Source: Candidatus Latescibacterota bacterium
GTDB taxonomy: Bacteria > Latescibacterota > UBA2968
DNA length: 64,000 nt
Direction of reading: 5' to 3'
Assembly: GCA_965205975.1 (NCBI GenBank)
Contig: OZ242195.1
Span: 2,624,001-2,688,000 of the forward strand
Within the stretch, counting starts at the first letter, position 1. Each line of letters begins with the position of its first letter. A program made the position numbers and the translations under genes. Shown in pieces: positions 21,223-31,948 of this stretch. The notes beneath the pieces are model-generated. The model was not told the DNA's origin, searched no databases, and was given only the letters and a program-made list of their open reading frames with translations.

Positions 21223-21462
21223 ATGGGCGCATCGAGAATAACCATAACGCTGGATGAAGGGTTGCTCAAACGCCTTGACCATCTCGTGCAGGCGGTACCT
21301 TATTCAAGTCGTAGCCGGGCGATTCAAGAGGCAGTTGAGGACAAGCTCAGAAAGGCGAATAGGGATGACTTTGAGAGGGAGCTTGTCAAGTTAGATCCGC
21401 AATTTGAGCAGGAAATGGCCGATGAAGGGTATGGCCTTAACCAATTAATCACGGCGCAATGA
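21223..21462 (+). CDS. Ribbon-helix-helix (CopG) antitoxin-like protein, no partner toxin
   Basis: RITITLDEGLLKRLD, SRSRAIQEAV, EQEMADEG. Confidence 0.75.
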   Translation: MGASRITITLDEGLLKRLDHLVQAVPYSSRSRAIQEAVEDKLRKANRDDFERELVKLDPQFEQEMADEGYGLNQLITAQ

Positions 21463-21492
21463 TGAAAAAACCCCTATCCTTTAGGGTTCCCT

Positions 21493-21765
21493 ATGTACAA
21501 TTTTAACTTTAACGTGCAAAATATTGAAGACGGTCAGGGCATGGGCATTGCGCTGACCGGGATGATCATTGTATTCTGCGTTTTGACATTGATCAGCGTA
21601 TTTATTGTAATATTGCCCAAAATATTGGCTGTTGTAGCAAAGAAATTTCCCGAATCTGCAGGACACCATGGTGTGCCCGTACAGGATGAAGACGACTCTG
21701 CCCTGGCCGCAATCGGTTATGTCATGCACATGAGGCGTAGTACCGAAATCAAACAGAAAGTTTAG
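21493..21765 (+). CDS. oadG: Na+-translocating decarboxylase gamma subunit
   Basis: GMIIVFCVL TM segment, ALAAI motif, directly upstream of oadB. Confidence 0.85.
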   Translation: MYNFNFNVQNIEDGQGMGIALTGMIIVFCVLTLISVFIVILPKILAVVAKKFPESAGHHGVPVQDEDDSALAAIGYVMHMRRSTEIKQKV

Positions 21766-21785
21766 AACAGTTTCTAAGGTATTTG

Positions 21786-22913
21786 ATGGACATATTTTAC
21801 GATTTTTTGAATACAACTGGATTTGCCAACTTGAGTTGGGGCAATGTCATTATGATCGCAATCGGCATTGTGTTTATCCACCTGGCGATCACCAGAGATT
21901 ACGAACCCCTGTTGTTGCTGCCAATTGGTTTTGGCATGATCGTGGGCAACATCCCCGCTATCCCGAGCATGGCCCTCGGCGTTTACGACGAGGGCAGTGT
22001 ATTGCGCTATATTTACTTTGGCGTGACATCGGGCCTGTTCCCGCCGCTGATTTTTTTGGGAATTGGCGCAATGACAGATTTCTCCACACTCCTATCCAAT
22101 CCCAAACTGGTACTATTGGGCGCAGCGGCGCAAATGGGCATATTCCTGACCCTGATCGGTGCGCTCTATCTGGGCTTTTCACCTTCCGAATCTGGAGCCA
22201 TCGGAATCATTGGAGGGGCTGATGGACCGACGGCCATTTTCTTATCGGCTAAATTGGCTCCTCATCTTTTGGGTGCCATTGCCATTGCCGCGTATTCGTA
22301 CATGGCACTCGTACCGGTAATTCAGCCGCCTGTCATGAAACTGTTGACCACAAAACGCGAGCGCCTGATTCGCATGCCCGAACCGCGCAAACCCTCCAAG
22401 CGCGAACGCATCATTTTTCCAATAGCTGGCTTCTTAATTGCAACCTTAATTGCACCGGGCGCATTGACCCTGCTGGGCATGCTATTTTTTGGCAACTTGT
22501 TAAAAGAGAGCATGGTCACAGACCGATTGGCAGAATCCGCACGCACCGCAATGGTCGATATTGTGACAATCTTGCTCGGTTTCTCCGTGGGCGCCAGCAC
22601 AGAAGCACAGACATTTTTGACCCCTGATTCGCTTTTGATTTTTGGCCTGGGCGCGCTATCTTTTGCAGTCGCTACGGCCAGCGGCGTCCTGTTTGCAAAA
22701 TTGATGAACGTGTTGACAAAAGAAAAAATCAATCCCCTCGTAGGTGCCGCAGGCGTATCGGCAGTGCCCGACTCTGCGCGGGTCGTACAGATGGTGGGAC
22801 AACAAGAAGACGCACATAATTTCTTATTGATGCACGCCATGGCACCCAATGTGGCTGGCGTGATCGGCTCGGCTGTTGCCGCGGGCATCTTGTGGTCGGT
22901 ACTGGTTCAGTAG
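21786..22913 (+). CDS. oadB: Na+-translocating decarboxylase beta subunit
   Basis: EPLLLLPIGFG, IGIIGGADGPT, AAYSYMAL, GAAGVSAVP, AMAPNVAG. Confidence 0.95.
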   Translation: MDIFYDFLNTTGFANLSWGNVIMIAIGIVFIHLAITRDYEPLLLLPIGFGMIVGNIPAIPSMALGVYDEGSVLRYIYFGVTSGLFPPLIFLGIGAMTDFSTLLSNPKLVLLGAAAQMGIFLTLIGALYLGFSPSESGAIGIIGGADGPTAIFLSAKLAPHLLGAIAIAAYSYMALVPVIQPPVMKLLTTKRERLIRMPEPRKPSKRERIIFPIAGFLIATLIAPGALTLLGMLFFGNLLKESMVTDRLAESARTAMVDIVTILLGFSVGASTEAQTFLTPDSLLIFGLGALSFAVATASGVLFAKLMNVLTKEKINPLVGAAGVSAVPDSARVVQMVGQQEDAHNFLLMHAMAPNVAGVIGSAVAAGILWSVLVQ

Positions 22914-22941
22914 GCACTGCATTTGGCGAAGGATTTTAGTT

Positions 22942-24732
22942 ATGGCAAAGAAAAAAGTAATATTTATGTGTACGGCGTTTCGCGATGGCTTTCAATCGGT
23001 TTATGGCGCGCGCGTGTTTACGCCCGACTTTTTACCTGCGGTAGAGGCCGCACGCGAAGCCGGAATTGATTACCATGAAGCTGGTGGCGGAGCGCGATTT
23101 CAATCCCTTTACTTCTATTGCAATGAAGACGCGTTTGCAATGACCGATGCGTTTCGCGAAGCCGCAGGACCAGAGGCCAATTTGCAGACCCTGGCACGCG
23201 GCGTGAATGTGGTAGGACTGGAATCGCAGTCGAGCGACATCATCAAGCTACACGCCGAATTGTTCAAAAAACACGGCATTACGACCATCCGCAATTTTGA
23301 CGCCCTCAACGACGTCAACAATTTGATCTACAGCGGACAATGTATCGCAGAAGCGGGATTGCACCATCAAGTATGCGTGACATTGATGGAATTGCCACCC
23401 GGATGCACCGGGGCACACGACGCGGATTTTTATGAACAAACACTCCGCGAGATTTTAGATGCCGATATTCCATATCACTCGGTGTGTTTCAAAGATGCCT
23501 CAGGTACAGCCGTGCCAGCAAAAGTATATGAAACCATTAAACGGGCGCGCCAACTGCTACCCGACGGCACATTTATCCACTTTCACACCCATGAAACGGC
23601 AGGGATCAGCGTCCAGGCCAATCTGGCCGCGCTGGAAGCGGGAGCCGATGCTATCGACCTGTCGTTGGCACCTTGTTCCGGGGGCACATGCCAGCCCGAT
23701 ATCCTGGTCATGTGGCACGCACTTCGCGGCACAAATTACGATCTGGATATCGATATAGAAAAAGTCCGCGACGCCGAAGAAGTATTTAAGGAATGCATGG
23801 CGGATTACTTTTTGCCACCAGAAGCCACGGCGGTTGAACCCATGATCCCCTGGAGCCCAATGCCGGGTGGCGCGCTCACGGCCAATACGCAGATGTTGCG
23901 CGACAATGGCATCATGGACAAATATCCCGACATGATCAAAGCCATGGGCGACGTGGTAGAGCGGGGTGGTTTTGGCACATCTGTCACACCCGTATCGCAA
24001 TTCTATTTCCAACAGGCATTTAACAATGTGATGTTTGGTCCCTGGGAAAGAATCGCCGAACCTTATGGGCAAATGGTACTCGGTTATTTTGGCAAAACTC
24101 CCGTCCCTCCCGATCCCGAAGTTGTGAAAATCGCGTCAAATCAACTGGGACTTGAGCCCACAGACCAGCCACCTCTCGAACGCAATGATGCCGATCCCGA
24201 AAAAGGGAGAGATGCTGCGAAAAAACTGTTGGACGCCGAGGGAATTGAGGCGACAGATGAGCACATCTTTATCGTAGCGACGTGCGGCGATAAGGGAATG
24301 GATTTCTTGAAAGGCGATGCCGAAATTGGCGTGCGAAAAATCGAAAAGCAGGATGACGCACCCGTACCAGTTGCCGACGGCGCAGCAGAATATAAGCTAC
24401 AGGTCAATGGCAAATCCGTGCGCGTGCAAATTGACGGCAATATCGCCACGGTAAATGGCACAGCTTATACAGTGGATATAGAAGATACAGTATCTACACA
24501 GACGTCAACACCCGCCAATGCCGAACCTGTAAGCGCGCAAATGCCTGGAAAAGTCATTCGGATTTTGAAACACGCAGGGGATCAAGTCCAGGCGGGCGAA
24601 ACGATCCTCATTCTGGAAGCAATGAAAATGGAAGTCCAGATCACCTCTCCAAATGCGGGCACAGTCATCGAAATGCCCGTCAACGTCGGCGACCAGGTAT
24701 CCAATGGTCAGACGCTTGCGATGGTAGGGTAA
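22942..24732 (+). CDS. oadA: Oxaloacetate decarboxylase alpha subunit (carboxyltransferase plus biotin carrier)
   Basis: FRDGFQS, FDALND, HFHTH, MPGG, VTPVSQ, EAMKME biotinylation motif. Confidence 0.9.
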   Translation: MAKKKVIFMCTAFRDGFQSVYGARVFTPDFLPAVEAAREAGIDYHEAGGGARFQSLYFYCNEDAFAMTDAFREAAGPEANLQTLARGVNVVGLESQSSDIIKLHAELFKKHGITTIRNFDALNDVNNLIYSGQCIAEAGLHHQVCVTLMELPPGCTGAHDADFYEQTLREILDADIPYHSVCFKDASGTAVPAKVYETIKRARQLLPDGTFIHFHTHETAGISVQANLAALEAGADAIDLSLAPCSGGTCQPDILVMWHALRGTNYDLDIDIEKVRDAEEVFKECMADYFLPPEATAVEPMIPWSPMPGGALTANTQMLRDNGIMDKYPDMIKAMGDVVERGGFGTSVTPVSQFYFQQAFNNVMFGPWERIAEPYGQMVLGYFGKTPVPPDPEVVKIASNQLGLEPTDQPPLERNDADPEKGRDAAKKLLDAEGIEATDEHIFIVATCGDKGMDFLKGDAEIGVRKIEKQDDAPVPVADGAAEYKLQVNGKSVRVQIDGNIATVNGTAYTVDIEDTVSTQTSTPANAEPVSAQMPGKVIRILKHAGDQVQAGETILILEAMKMEVQITSPNAGTVIEMPVNVGDQVSNGQTLAMVG

Positions 24733-24742
24733 CACGCCTCCC

Positions 24743-25486
24743 TTAAATCGCCGCGACATCACCTGCCCAAATCTCACTTATCTGACCGTCTGACCCGCGC
24801 AACAAAAGCTGGCCGCAGTCGCCAAATCCCGCGAGAACGCCCGTTTTCACGTCATCGCCTTCTCCAACTGAGATCTCCTCACCGAGATAAACACAGCGGT
24901 ATTCCCATGCTGTGCGAAGAGCGGCAAAACCCTCGCTTTCCCAGCGATCAATCCACGGAGCAGTACTTGAAAGAACTCGCGCGAGCACTTGTTCGAGATC
25001 GTATTCGCGTCCCGTTTCAAGACGCATAGACGTGACGTGACGGTCGATAAGAGCCGCGGTCGTCGCATCCATATTCACGTTGAGACCAATACCAACGACA
25101 ATAGCCGTGCCATCAGGCTGTTTTTGGTCGCTGCGCTCGAGAAGCATGCCGCAAATTTTGGCGCTATCGATCAAAACATCGTTGGGCCACTTGGTACGCG
25201 TACTTATAGCATAAGTTTTCAGCGCATCGGATACACCCAGAGAAATAGCAATGGGAAGAGAGGTCAACTGAGAAACCGTGGCTTTCGTGATAAGAAGAAA
25301 AGAAAACGTCAGATTCTCATTGGCCTGCGCGATCCATTGACGCTGATAACGTCCTCGTCCCGCTGTTTGTTCCCGCGCAGCGAGGACAAAGCCGGAAGAA
25401 AGCCTCTCACCTCTATATAGACGCTGAAGAAGGTGCGTATTGGTCGAAGCGAGTTGATCGTGCCATTCGGAGGGTAGAAAATTCAT
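24743..25486 (-). CDS. birA: Biotin--protein ligase
   Basis: STN, QTAGRGR, KWPND, KICGML, GIGLNV. Confidence 0.92.
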   Translation of the reverse strand: MNFLPSEWHDQLASTNTHLLQRLYRGERLSSGFVLAAREQTAGRGRYQRQWIAQANENLTFSFLLITKATVSQLTSLPIAISLGVSDALKTYAISTRTKWPNDVLIDSAKICGMLLERSDQKQPDGTAIVVGIGLNVNMDATTAALIDRHVTSMRLETGREYDLEQVLARVLSSTAPWIDRWESEGFAALRTAWEYRCVYLGEEISVGEGDDVKTGVLAGFGDCGQLLLRGSDGQISEIWAGDVAAI

Positions 25487-25599
25487 AGAAATTGAGTGCA
25501 TAAATAAATGTGATAAAATCTGACCTCGTGTGCTCAGGAATTATCACTTTTTTTAGTGTGTCTCATAAGGGACAAACACAGATCTGTCCATTTGCCCGC

Positions 25600-25628
25600 T
25601 TGACAATAGAATGGGAATGCCACATACT
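25600..25628 (+). promoter_or_regulatory. Sigma70-type promoter for the yejABEF operon
   Basis: TTGACA-17 bp-CATACT; followed by a GC-rich 5'UTR hairpin at 25635-25680. Confidence 0.6.
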
Positions 25629-25730
25629 TCACAAGGGCAGACGTAGCAGCAGGCGTATAGGCACGCCTGTTTGTCTGCCCATCACCGTATATGCCCTCTG
25701 CCTTAAACATTTTAACAAAGGAGCCTGCTC

Positions 25731-27563
25731 ATGAAAACTATTTTATTCGCGCTGGTATTGAGTCTATTGGTTGTCGCAATGCCATTGGCAGATCAGCCCA
25801 ATTATAAAGGGCACGCGATCTCGATGTACGGCGACTTAAAATACGCGCCTGACTTCAAGCACTTCGACTATGCCAACCCCAACGCTCCCAAAGGCGGCAC
25901 CGTGAAAAGGAGTGCTGGCGGCACCTATGATTGCTTGAATCAATTCATCCTCAAAGGCGTGTCGGCTTATGGCTTGGGGTTGATCTACGATTCATTGACA
26001 GAGCGTTCACTGGACGAGCCTTTCTCTGAATACGGTTTGCTCGCAGAGTCGATAGAAGTGCCCCCTGACCGCTCATGGGCACTCTTTACACTGCGCGCTG
26101 GCGCACGGTGGCACGATGGCAAACCCATTACCCCGGAAGATGTCGTTTTTACTTTTGAAACAATTCAAACCAAAGGCCACCCTTTTTATCGAAATTATTA
26201 TGCGGATATCAAACAGATTGAAAAGGTTGGCGAGCGGCAGGTAAAATTCACATTTGGCGGAAAGGACAATCGAGAATTGCCCCTCATTGTCGGTCAAATG
26301 GCGATCTTGCCCAAACACTATTGGGAAGGCAAAAATTTTGAAGAAACAACACTGGAACCGCCCCTCGGCAGTGGACCTTACAAAATTGAAGCACACGATC
26401 CCGGGCGTTCGATCACATACCGACGTATCGAAAATTATTGGGGCACTGATCTGCCGATAAAAAAAGGACGCTATAATCCAGACGTCATTCACTACGATTA
26501 TTACAAAGACGGGACCGTAGCAACCGAAGCACAAAAAGGCGGTGAATTTGATTTTGCATTGCAAAACAATTCCAAGTCGTGGGCAACAGCGTACGATATT
26601 CCGGCTGTAGCCGAAGGCAGATTGATAAAGGAATTAATCCCGCACGAAAATGGCACCGGCATGCAGGGATTCTGGTTTAACACGCGACGCAGCAAATTTG
26701 CCGATCCCAAAGTGCGACACGCACTGGCCCATGCATTTGATTTTGAATGGACCAATACCAATCTGTTTTACGGGCAATACGCGCGTTCAACGAGTTATTT
26801 TTCCAACACAGAACTCGCCTCGTCGGGACTGCCCCAGGGACAGGAACTCGAAATATTAGAAGCATTTCGCGGACAGATCCCCGAAGAAGTATTTACCGCA
26901 GAATACAAACCACCCACAACAGATGGATCTGGCAATATTCGCCAGAATTTGCGCGTGGCCGCACGAATGTTGAAAGCAGCCGGGTGGTCCGTAAAAGAAG
27001 GGAAGCTCACCAACGATGCATCTGGCGAAACCATGATAATTGAATTTTTGATCAATAACTCGCCTTCGTGGGAGCGCATTGTAGGACCATATATCCAAAA
27101 TCTGGAGCGACTCGGCGTAGAAGCGACAATTAAAATTGTAGATACATCGCAATATCAAAATCGCGTTCAAGAATACGATTTTGATGCTATTGTAAGCCTC
27201 AGGGGACAGTCACTAAGCCCGGGCAACGAACAGCGCGGTTACTGGACATCGGCAGCTGCGGATGAACCCGGTACGAGAAATTACGCGGGCATCAAAGATC
27301 CCGTCGTAGATACCTTGATAGATCAGCTAATCAACGCACCCGATAGAAAAACCCTCGTATCAACCACCCGCGCACTGGATCGCGTACTCCTGTGGGGGCA
27401 CTACGTGGTACCGCACTGGCATATCCGCACGCACCGCGTGGTATATTGGAACAAATTTGGCAAACCCGATATTTCGCCCAGGTACCTGCCTCAACCCTGG
27501 CAGTATTTCCCCGATACGTGGTGGGTTGATGCTGCAAAAGAAGCGGCATTAAAGAAAAATTAA
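25731..27563 (+). CDS. yejA: Peptide ABC transporter substrate-binding protein (YejA-like)
   Basis: Signal peptide, HFDYANPNAPKGG, YGLLAESI, SLSPGNEQ. Confidence 0.9.
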   Translation: MKTILFALVLSLLVVAMPLADQPNYKGHAISMYGDLKYAPDFKHFDYANPNAPKGGTVKRSAGGTYDCLNQFILKGVSAYGLGLIYDSLTERSLDEPFSEYGLLAESIEVPPDRSWALFTLRAGARWHDGKPITPEDVVFTFETIQTKGHPFYRNYYADIKQIEKVGERQVKFTFGGKDNRELPLIVGQMAILPKHYWEGKNFEETTLEPPLGSGPYKIEAHDPGRSITYRRIENYWGTDLPIKKGRYNPDVIHYDYYKDGTVATEAQKGGEFDFALQNNSKSWATAYDIPAVAEGRLIKELIPHENGTGMQGFWFNTRRSKFADPKVRHALAHAFDFEWTNTNLFYGQYARSTSYFSNTELASSGLPQGQELEILEAFRGQIPEEVFTAEYKPPTTDGSGNIRQNLRVAARMLKAAGWSVKEGKLTNDASGETMIIEFLINNSPSWERIVGPYIQNLERLGVEATIKIVDTSQYQNRVQEYDFDAIVSLRGQSLSPGNEQRGYWTSAAADEPGTRNYAGIKDPVVDTLIDQLINAPDRKTLVSTTRALDRVLLWGHYVVPHWHIRTHRVVYWNKFGKPDISPRYLPQPWQYFPDTWWVDAAKEAALKKN

Positions 27564-27568
27564 GTGTT

Positions 27569-28675
27569 ATGGGATCCTATATTTTAAGACGGTTTTTGCT
27601 ATTCTTCCCAACGCTACTCGGCGTCATGGTGATCAATTTTCTGATCATTCAAGCCGCGCCCGGTGGCCCTGTCGAGCAAGCCATTGCGCAGATACAGGGA
27701 CATGAAGTAGATGCGTCTGCCCGCGTGAGTGGTGATGGCGGCGAACTATCATCCACCCAAACCCAGCGACAGCGCAGTGAGGGATCAACGAGCAAATACC
27801 GCGGCGCGCAAGGGCTTGACCCCGACCTAATCGCGGAATTGGAGCGGATGTATGGCTTTGACAAACCGGCTCATGAACGCTTCTATCAGATGATAGTGCG
27901 CTATTTGCAATTCGACTTTGGCGAGAGTTTTTATCGCGATCAAACCGTTGTCGATATCGTTCTGGACAAAATGCCCGTGTCGATCTCCCTCGGCTTGTGG
28001 ACGACATTACTCGTTTATCTGATCTCAATTCCACTGGGCGTGACCAAAGCCGTGCGCGACGGATCCAAATTCGACATATGGACCTCAGGCGTGATCGTCA
28101 TAGGCAATGCCGTGCCGGGATTTATGTTTGCGATCTTCTTAATCGTATTATTTGCCGGTGGCAGTTATTTCGACTTTTTTCCCCTGCGAGGATTGACCTC
28201 CCCCGAATGGGACCAGTTTGGCCTACTTCACAAAATCACCGACTATTTCTGGCACCTCGCACTGCCCATCGCATCCATGGTAATTGGTGGATTTGCCGGA
28301 TTGACCCTCTTGACAAAAAATTCGTTTCTGGACGAAATCAACAAACAATACGTCATGACAGCACGGGCAAAGGGATTGGAAGAGCGCCGCGTATTGTACG
28401 GACACGTTTTTCGCAACGCGATGCTAATCGTGATTGCGGGATTCCCCAGCGCATTTGTCAATATCTTGTTCACGGGTTCACTACTGACCGAGATTATCTT
28501 TTCACTCGATGGATTGGGCCTCCTGGGCTATGAAGCCACAGTCAACCGCGATTATCCAATCATGTTTGCCACGCTTTACTTTTTTACCTTGCTGGGATTG
28601 GTAATGCAACTGGTAAGTGACTTGACTTATACACTGATAGATCCGAGGATTGATTTTGAAAGCAGAGAAGTATAG
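27569..28675 (+). CDS. yejB: Peptide ABC transporter permease
   Basis: YILRRFLL, APGGPVEQ, YGFDKP, DPRIDFE. Confidence 0.92.
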   Translation: MGSYILRRFLLFFPTLLGVMVINFLIIQAAPGGPVEQAIAQIQGHEVDASARVSGDGGELSSTQTQRQRSEGSTSKYRGAQGLDPDLIAELERMYGFDKPAHERFYQMIVRYLQFDFGESFYRDQTVVDIVLDKMPVSISLGLWTTLLVYLISIPLGVTKAVRDGSKFDIWTSGVIVIGNAVPGFMFAIFLIVLFAGGSYFDFFPLRGLTSPEWDQFGLLHKITDYFWHLALPIASMVIGGFAGLTLLTKNSFLDEINKQYVMTARAKGLEERRVLYGHVFRNAMLIVIAGFPSAFVNILFTGSLLTEIIFSLDGLGLLGYEATVNRDYPIMFATLYFFTLLGLVMQLVSDLTYTLIDPRIDFESREV

Positions 28676-29756
28676 CACTCGCACTGAGCGCGAAGATCGT
28701 TTTTGGGGTTTTCAGATCTCGAGTCTCACGCGCCGACGCCTGGACAATTTTAAGGCAAATCGACGTGGCTATTACAGCCTGTGGATATTTCTCGTCCTGT
28801 TCGGATTGAGCTTGCCCGCAGAATTTATCGCCAATGACAAACCCCTTTTGGTTCGACACAAGGGGGCATTTTATTTTCCGGTATTAAAAGCCTATCCCGA
28901 AACGCTTTTTGGCGGCGATTTTGAAACCGAGGCAGAGTACCGAGATCCATTTGTAAAAGAATTAATCGAAAAAGACGGATGGATCATCTGGCCTCTGGTG
29001 CCATTTCGATACGACACAATCAACTACGACCTCAAACATCCAGCCCCTGCACCACCTTCTATACAAAACTATCTGGGCACCGATGATCAGGCACGCGATG
29101 TAACCTCGCGATTGCTCTACGGATTCCGGTTATCGGTCTTATTTGCCCTCGCACTCACGGCATTCAGTTCTGTAGTCGGCATTGCAGCCGGCGCAGTACA
29201 GGGCTATCTGGGAGGGTGGGTCGATCTCATTTTTCAAAGATTCATCGAAATTTGGGGCGGATTACCCACCCTGTTTATCCTCATTATTATCGCCAGCATT
29301 ATTGAGCCAACCTTCTGGACCCTCTTGCTCATCATGCTGCTATTCTCCTGGATGCGCCTCGTCGGCGTGGTGCGAGCCGAGTTCTTGCGAGCGCGCAATT
29401 TCGATTTTGTACGCGCCGCACGCGCTCTGGGAGTCAATGACTTGACAATTATGTGGCGACACGTCTTGCCCAATGCCATGGTGGCAACACTGACCTTCTT
29501 GCCCTTTGTGCTCGTGGGATCTGTCACGGTATTGACCTCGCTGGACTTTCTCGGTTTTGGCCTTCCGCCCCCCTCTCCCTCGCTGGGAGAATTGCTCAAC
29601 CAGGGCAAGCGCAATTTGCAGGCTCCCTGGCTGGGTCTATCCGGATTTTTTATTCTGGCAATTATGTTATCGCTACTCGTATTTATCGGCGAGGCCGTGC
29701 GCGATGCATTTGATGTCCGCAAGACCCTGTCGCAAACGGAGGGCAAGAGCGCGTGA
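28650..29756 (+). CDS. yejE: Peptide ABC transporter permease
   Basis: FKANRRGY, GTDDQARD, RAEFLRAR, LDFLGFGLP; start uncertain. Confidence 0.9.
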   Translation: MILKAEKYSTRTEREDRFWGFQISSLTRRRLDNFKANRRGYYSLWIFLVLFGLSLPAEFIANDKPLLVRHKGAFYFPVLKAYPETLFGGDFETEAEYRDPFVKELIEKDGWIIWPLVPFRYDTINYDLKHPAPAPPSIQNYLGTDDQARDVTSRLLYGFRLSVLFALALTAFSSVVGIAAGAVQGYLGGWVDLIFQRFIEIWGGLPTLFILIIIASIIEPTFWTLLLIMLLFSWMRLVGVVRAEFLRARNFDFVRAARALGVNDLTIMWRHVLPNAMVATLTFLPFVLVGSVTVLTSLDFLGFGLPPPSPSLGELLNQGKRNLQAPWLGLSGFFILAIMLSLLVFIGEAVRDAFDVRKTLSQTEGKSA

Positions 29757-31369
29757 GCTTGTTAAACGTTCAAAATTTGGGCGTGCATTTTCAACTCGAA
29801 GACCAGGTCGTCGAAGCTGTGCGCGGCGTATCGTTTCACATAGAAAAAGGCGAAACCATCGCACTGGTAGGTGAATCGGGTTCGGGCAAATCCGTCTCGG
29901 CACTTTCCGTAATGCAATTGCTGCCCTATCCGCGCGCCTCGCATCCACACGGCAGCGTACAATTTGACGGAGAGGAAATGCTGGGCGCGCCGCAAGAGCG
30001 ACTGCAACAACTGCGCGGCGACCGCATTGCGATGATTTTTCAGGAGCCGATGACCTCCTTGAATCCGCTACACACCATTGAGAAACAGATCGGCGAAACC
30101 CTGATGTTGCACCGCAAAATGACGCGAGCGCAAGCGCGTGAACACACGATAAACTTATTGCAAAAAGTACACTTGCCCGCCCCCGAAACGCGCCTCAAAT
30201 CGTATCCACACCAGCTATCGGGTGGCCAGCGGCAGCGCGTAATGATCGCCATGGCCCTGGCCAATGAGCCGGATTTGCTCATTGCCGATGAGCCTACAAC
30301 TGCGCTGGATGTGACCATCCAGGCACAAATTTTGAAATTGCTCAAAGACCTGCAAGATGAATTTGGCATGGCAATTTTGCTCATCACGCACGACCTGACA
30401 ATCGTGCGGCATGTAGCGGATCGCGTCTATGTGATGACACAGGGGAAAATTGTAGAAGAAGGAAATACTGCACGCATCTTCGATCAGCCGCAACACACCT
30501 ATACACAAAAACTCCTGAATGCACAGCCAAAGGGGACGGCATCCGCGCTGAATGGATCGGCACCCATTGTGGTTGAGGCGGATAATCTGAAAGTATGGTT
30601 CCCCATTCAGCGGGGATTTTTGCGGCGAACCATCGGGCATATAAAAGCCGTAGATGGCATTTCAGTAACCATTCGCGCCGGGCATACCGTCGGCGTTGTC
30701 GGCGAATCCGGATCGGGTAAAACAACATTGGGATTGGCCCTGTTGCGATTGCTGAGCAGTCAGGGACCAATCGAGTTTAACGGACAGGGCATTCAGAACC
30801 TGCCGAGCAAAGTACTCCGCCCCTTGAGGCGAGAGATGCAAATTGTTTTTCAAGACCCCTTCGGATCCTTAAGTCCGCGCCTATCGGTCTTTCACATTAT
30901 CGCCGAGGGATTGCGGGTTCACAACATGGGAGACAGCGATCACAAACGCCGAGACCTCGTAGCAGAAATAATGGACGAAGTAGGACTTGAACCCGAAATG
31001 ATGGACCGGTTTCCACACGAGTTCTCTGGCGGCCAACGGCAGCGCATTGCCATTGCGCGCGCCATGGTACTGCGCCCCCGATTTGTGGTCCTGGACGAAC
31101 CCACAAGTGCGCTGGACATGACCGTGCAGTCCCAAATCATCGACTTGCTCCGGCGCTTGCAAAAAGACCACGATCTGGCTTATTTATTTATCAGCCACGA
31201 CCTGCGGGTCGTGCGCGCACTGGCCAATGAACTCGTCGTAATGAAGGACGGCGTCGTTGTAGAACACGGCGCAACAGAAACCGTATTTGCAAATCCACAA
31301 ACAGATTATACGCGGGAATTGATTACAGCGGCATTTGATATTGATGTTGTTGAAAGCAACCACACCTGA
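29753..31369 (+). CDS. yejF: Peptide ABC transporter dual ATP-binding protein
   Basis: Two GESGSGK Walker A motifs and two SGGQRQR signatures. Confidence 0.9.
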   Translation: MSLLNVQNLGVHFQLEDQVVEAVRGVSFHIEKGETIALVGESGSGKSVSALSVMQLLPYPRASHPHGSVQFDGEEMLGAPQERLQQLRGDRIAMIFQEPMTSLNPLHTIEKQIGETLMLHRKMTRAQAREHTINLLQKVHLPAPETRLKSYPHQLSGGQRQRVMIAMALANEPDLLIADEPTTALDVTIQAQILKLLKDLQDEFGMAILLITHDLTIVRHVADRVYVMTQGKIVEEGNTARIFDQPQHTYTQKLLNAQPKGTASALNGSAPIVVEADNLKVWFPIQRGFLRRTIGHIKAVDGISVTIRAGHTVGVVGESGSGKTTLGLALLRLLSSQGPIEFNGQGIQNLPSKVLRPLRREMQIVFQDPFGSLSPRLSVFHIIAEGLRVHNMGDSDHKRRDLVAEIMDEVGLEPEMMDRFPHEFSGGQRQRIAIARAMVLRPRFVVLDEPTSALDMTVQSQIIDLLRRLQKDHDLAYLFISHDLRVVRALANELVVMKDGVVVEHGATETVFANPQTDYTRELITAAFDIDVVESNHT

Positions 31370-31375
31370 AAAATC

Positions 31376-31753
31376 TCATTTAATTTTTTCATACGTCGTA
31401 TCAGTCTTAGTCTCAAGGGGACCCATGTATCTATGAGCCAGATCCAATACCAGATATGTCAGCAATTCTTCCCAAATTTTACCCACTTCCTCCTTATGGA
31501 TTTCACTCTGAATTTCACTCTGGGTAATAACCAAATTATGAACAAGCGTGGTATCTGTATAGGTTGTGTCTCGACCATCGTTTGTAATTTTACCCCGAAT
31601 TACAGCACCACTGACTCTGACAGAATCCACATGATGTACTATAGTCATATTCTCAAGCCTTACTACTCTGATGCCCGGTGGATCATGATCATCGCAACTG
31701 GCAAGCAGAACGAAACCAGCGATCAGACATAGAAGAGATAGTCGTTTCCGCAT
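31376..31753 (-). CDS. Hypothetical lipoprotein
   Basis: MRKRLSLLCLIAGFVLLASC lipobox. Confidence 0.65.
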   Translation of the reverse strand: MRKRLSLLCLIAGFVLLASCDDHDPPGIRVVRLENMTIVHHVDSVRVSGAVIRGKITNDGRDTTYTDTTLVHNLVITQSEIQSEIHKEEVGKIWEELLTYLVLDLAHRYMGPLETKTDTTYEKIK

Positions 31754-31948
31754 GCTTAAACCCCTTTCAATTCGAGTGGACAATAGAGTCTTTAACTGCA
31801 GTTGCATACCCCCGGGAAAGGATCCCAAAATGGATTTGACGGCACTGATTGACGCGGTGCCATCTCAATTTAAACAAAAACTGATCGCCGAATACAAAAA
31901 TCTGGATATGATCTACTTTCCGCAGTTGTAGGCAACCACTTAGTTGCA

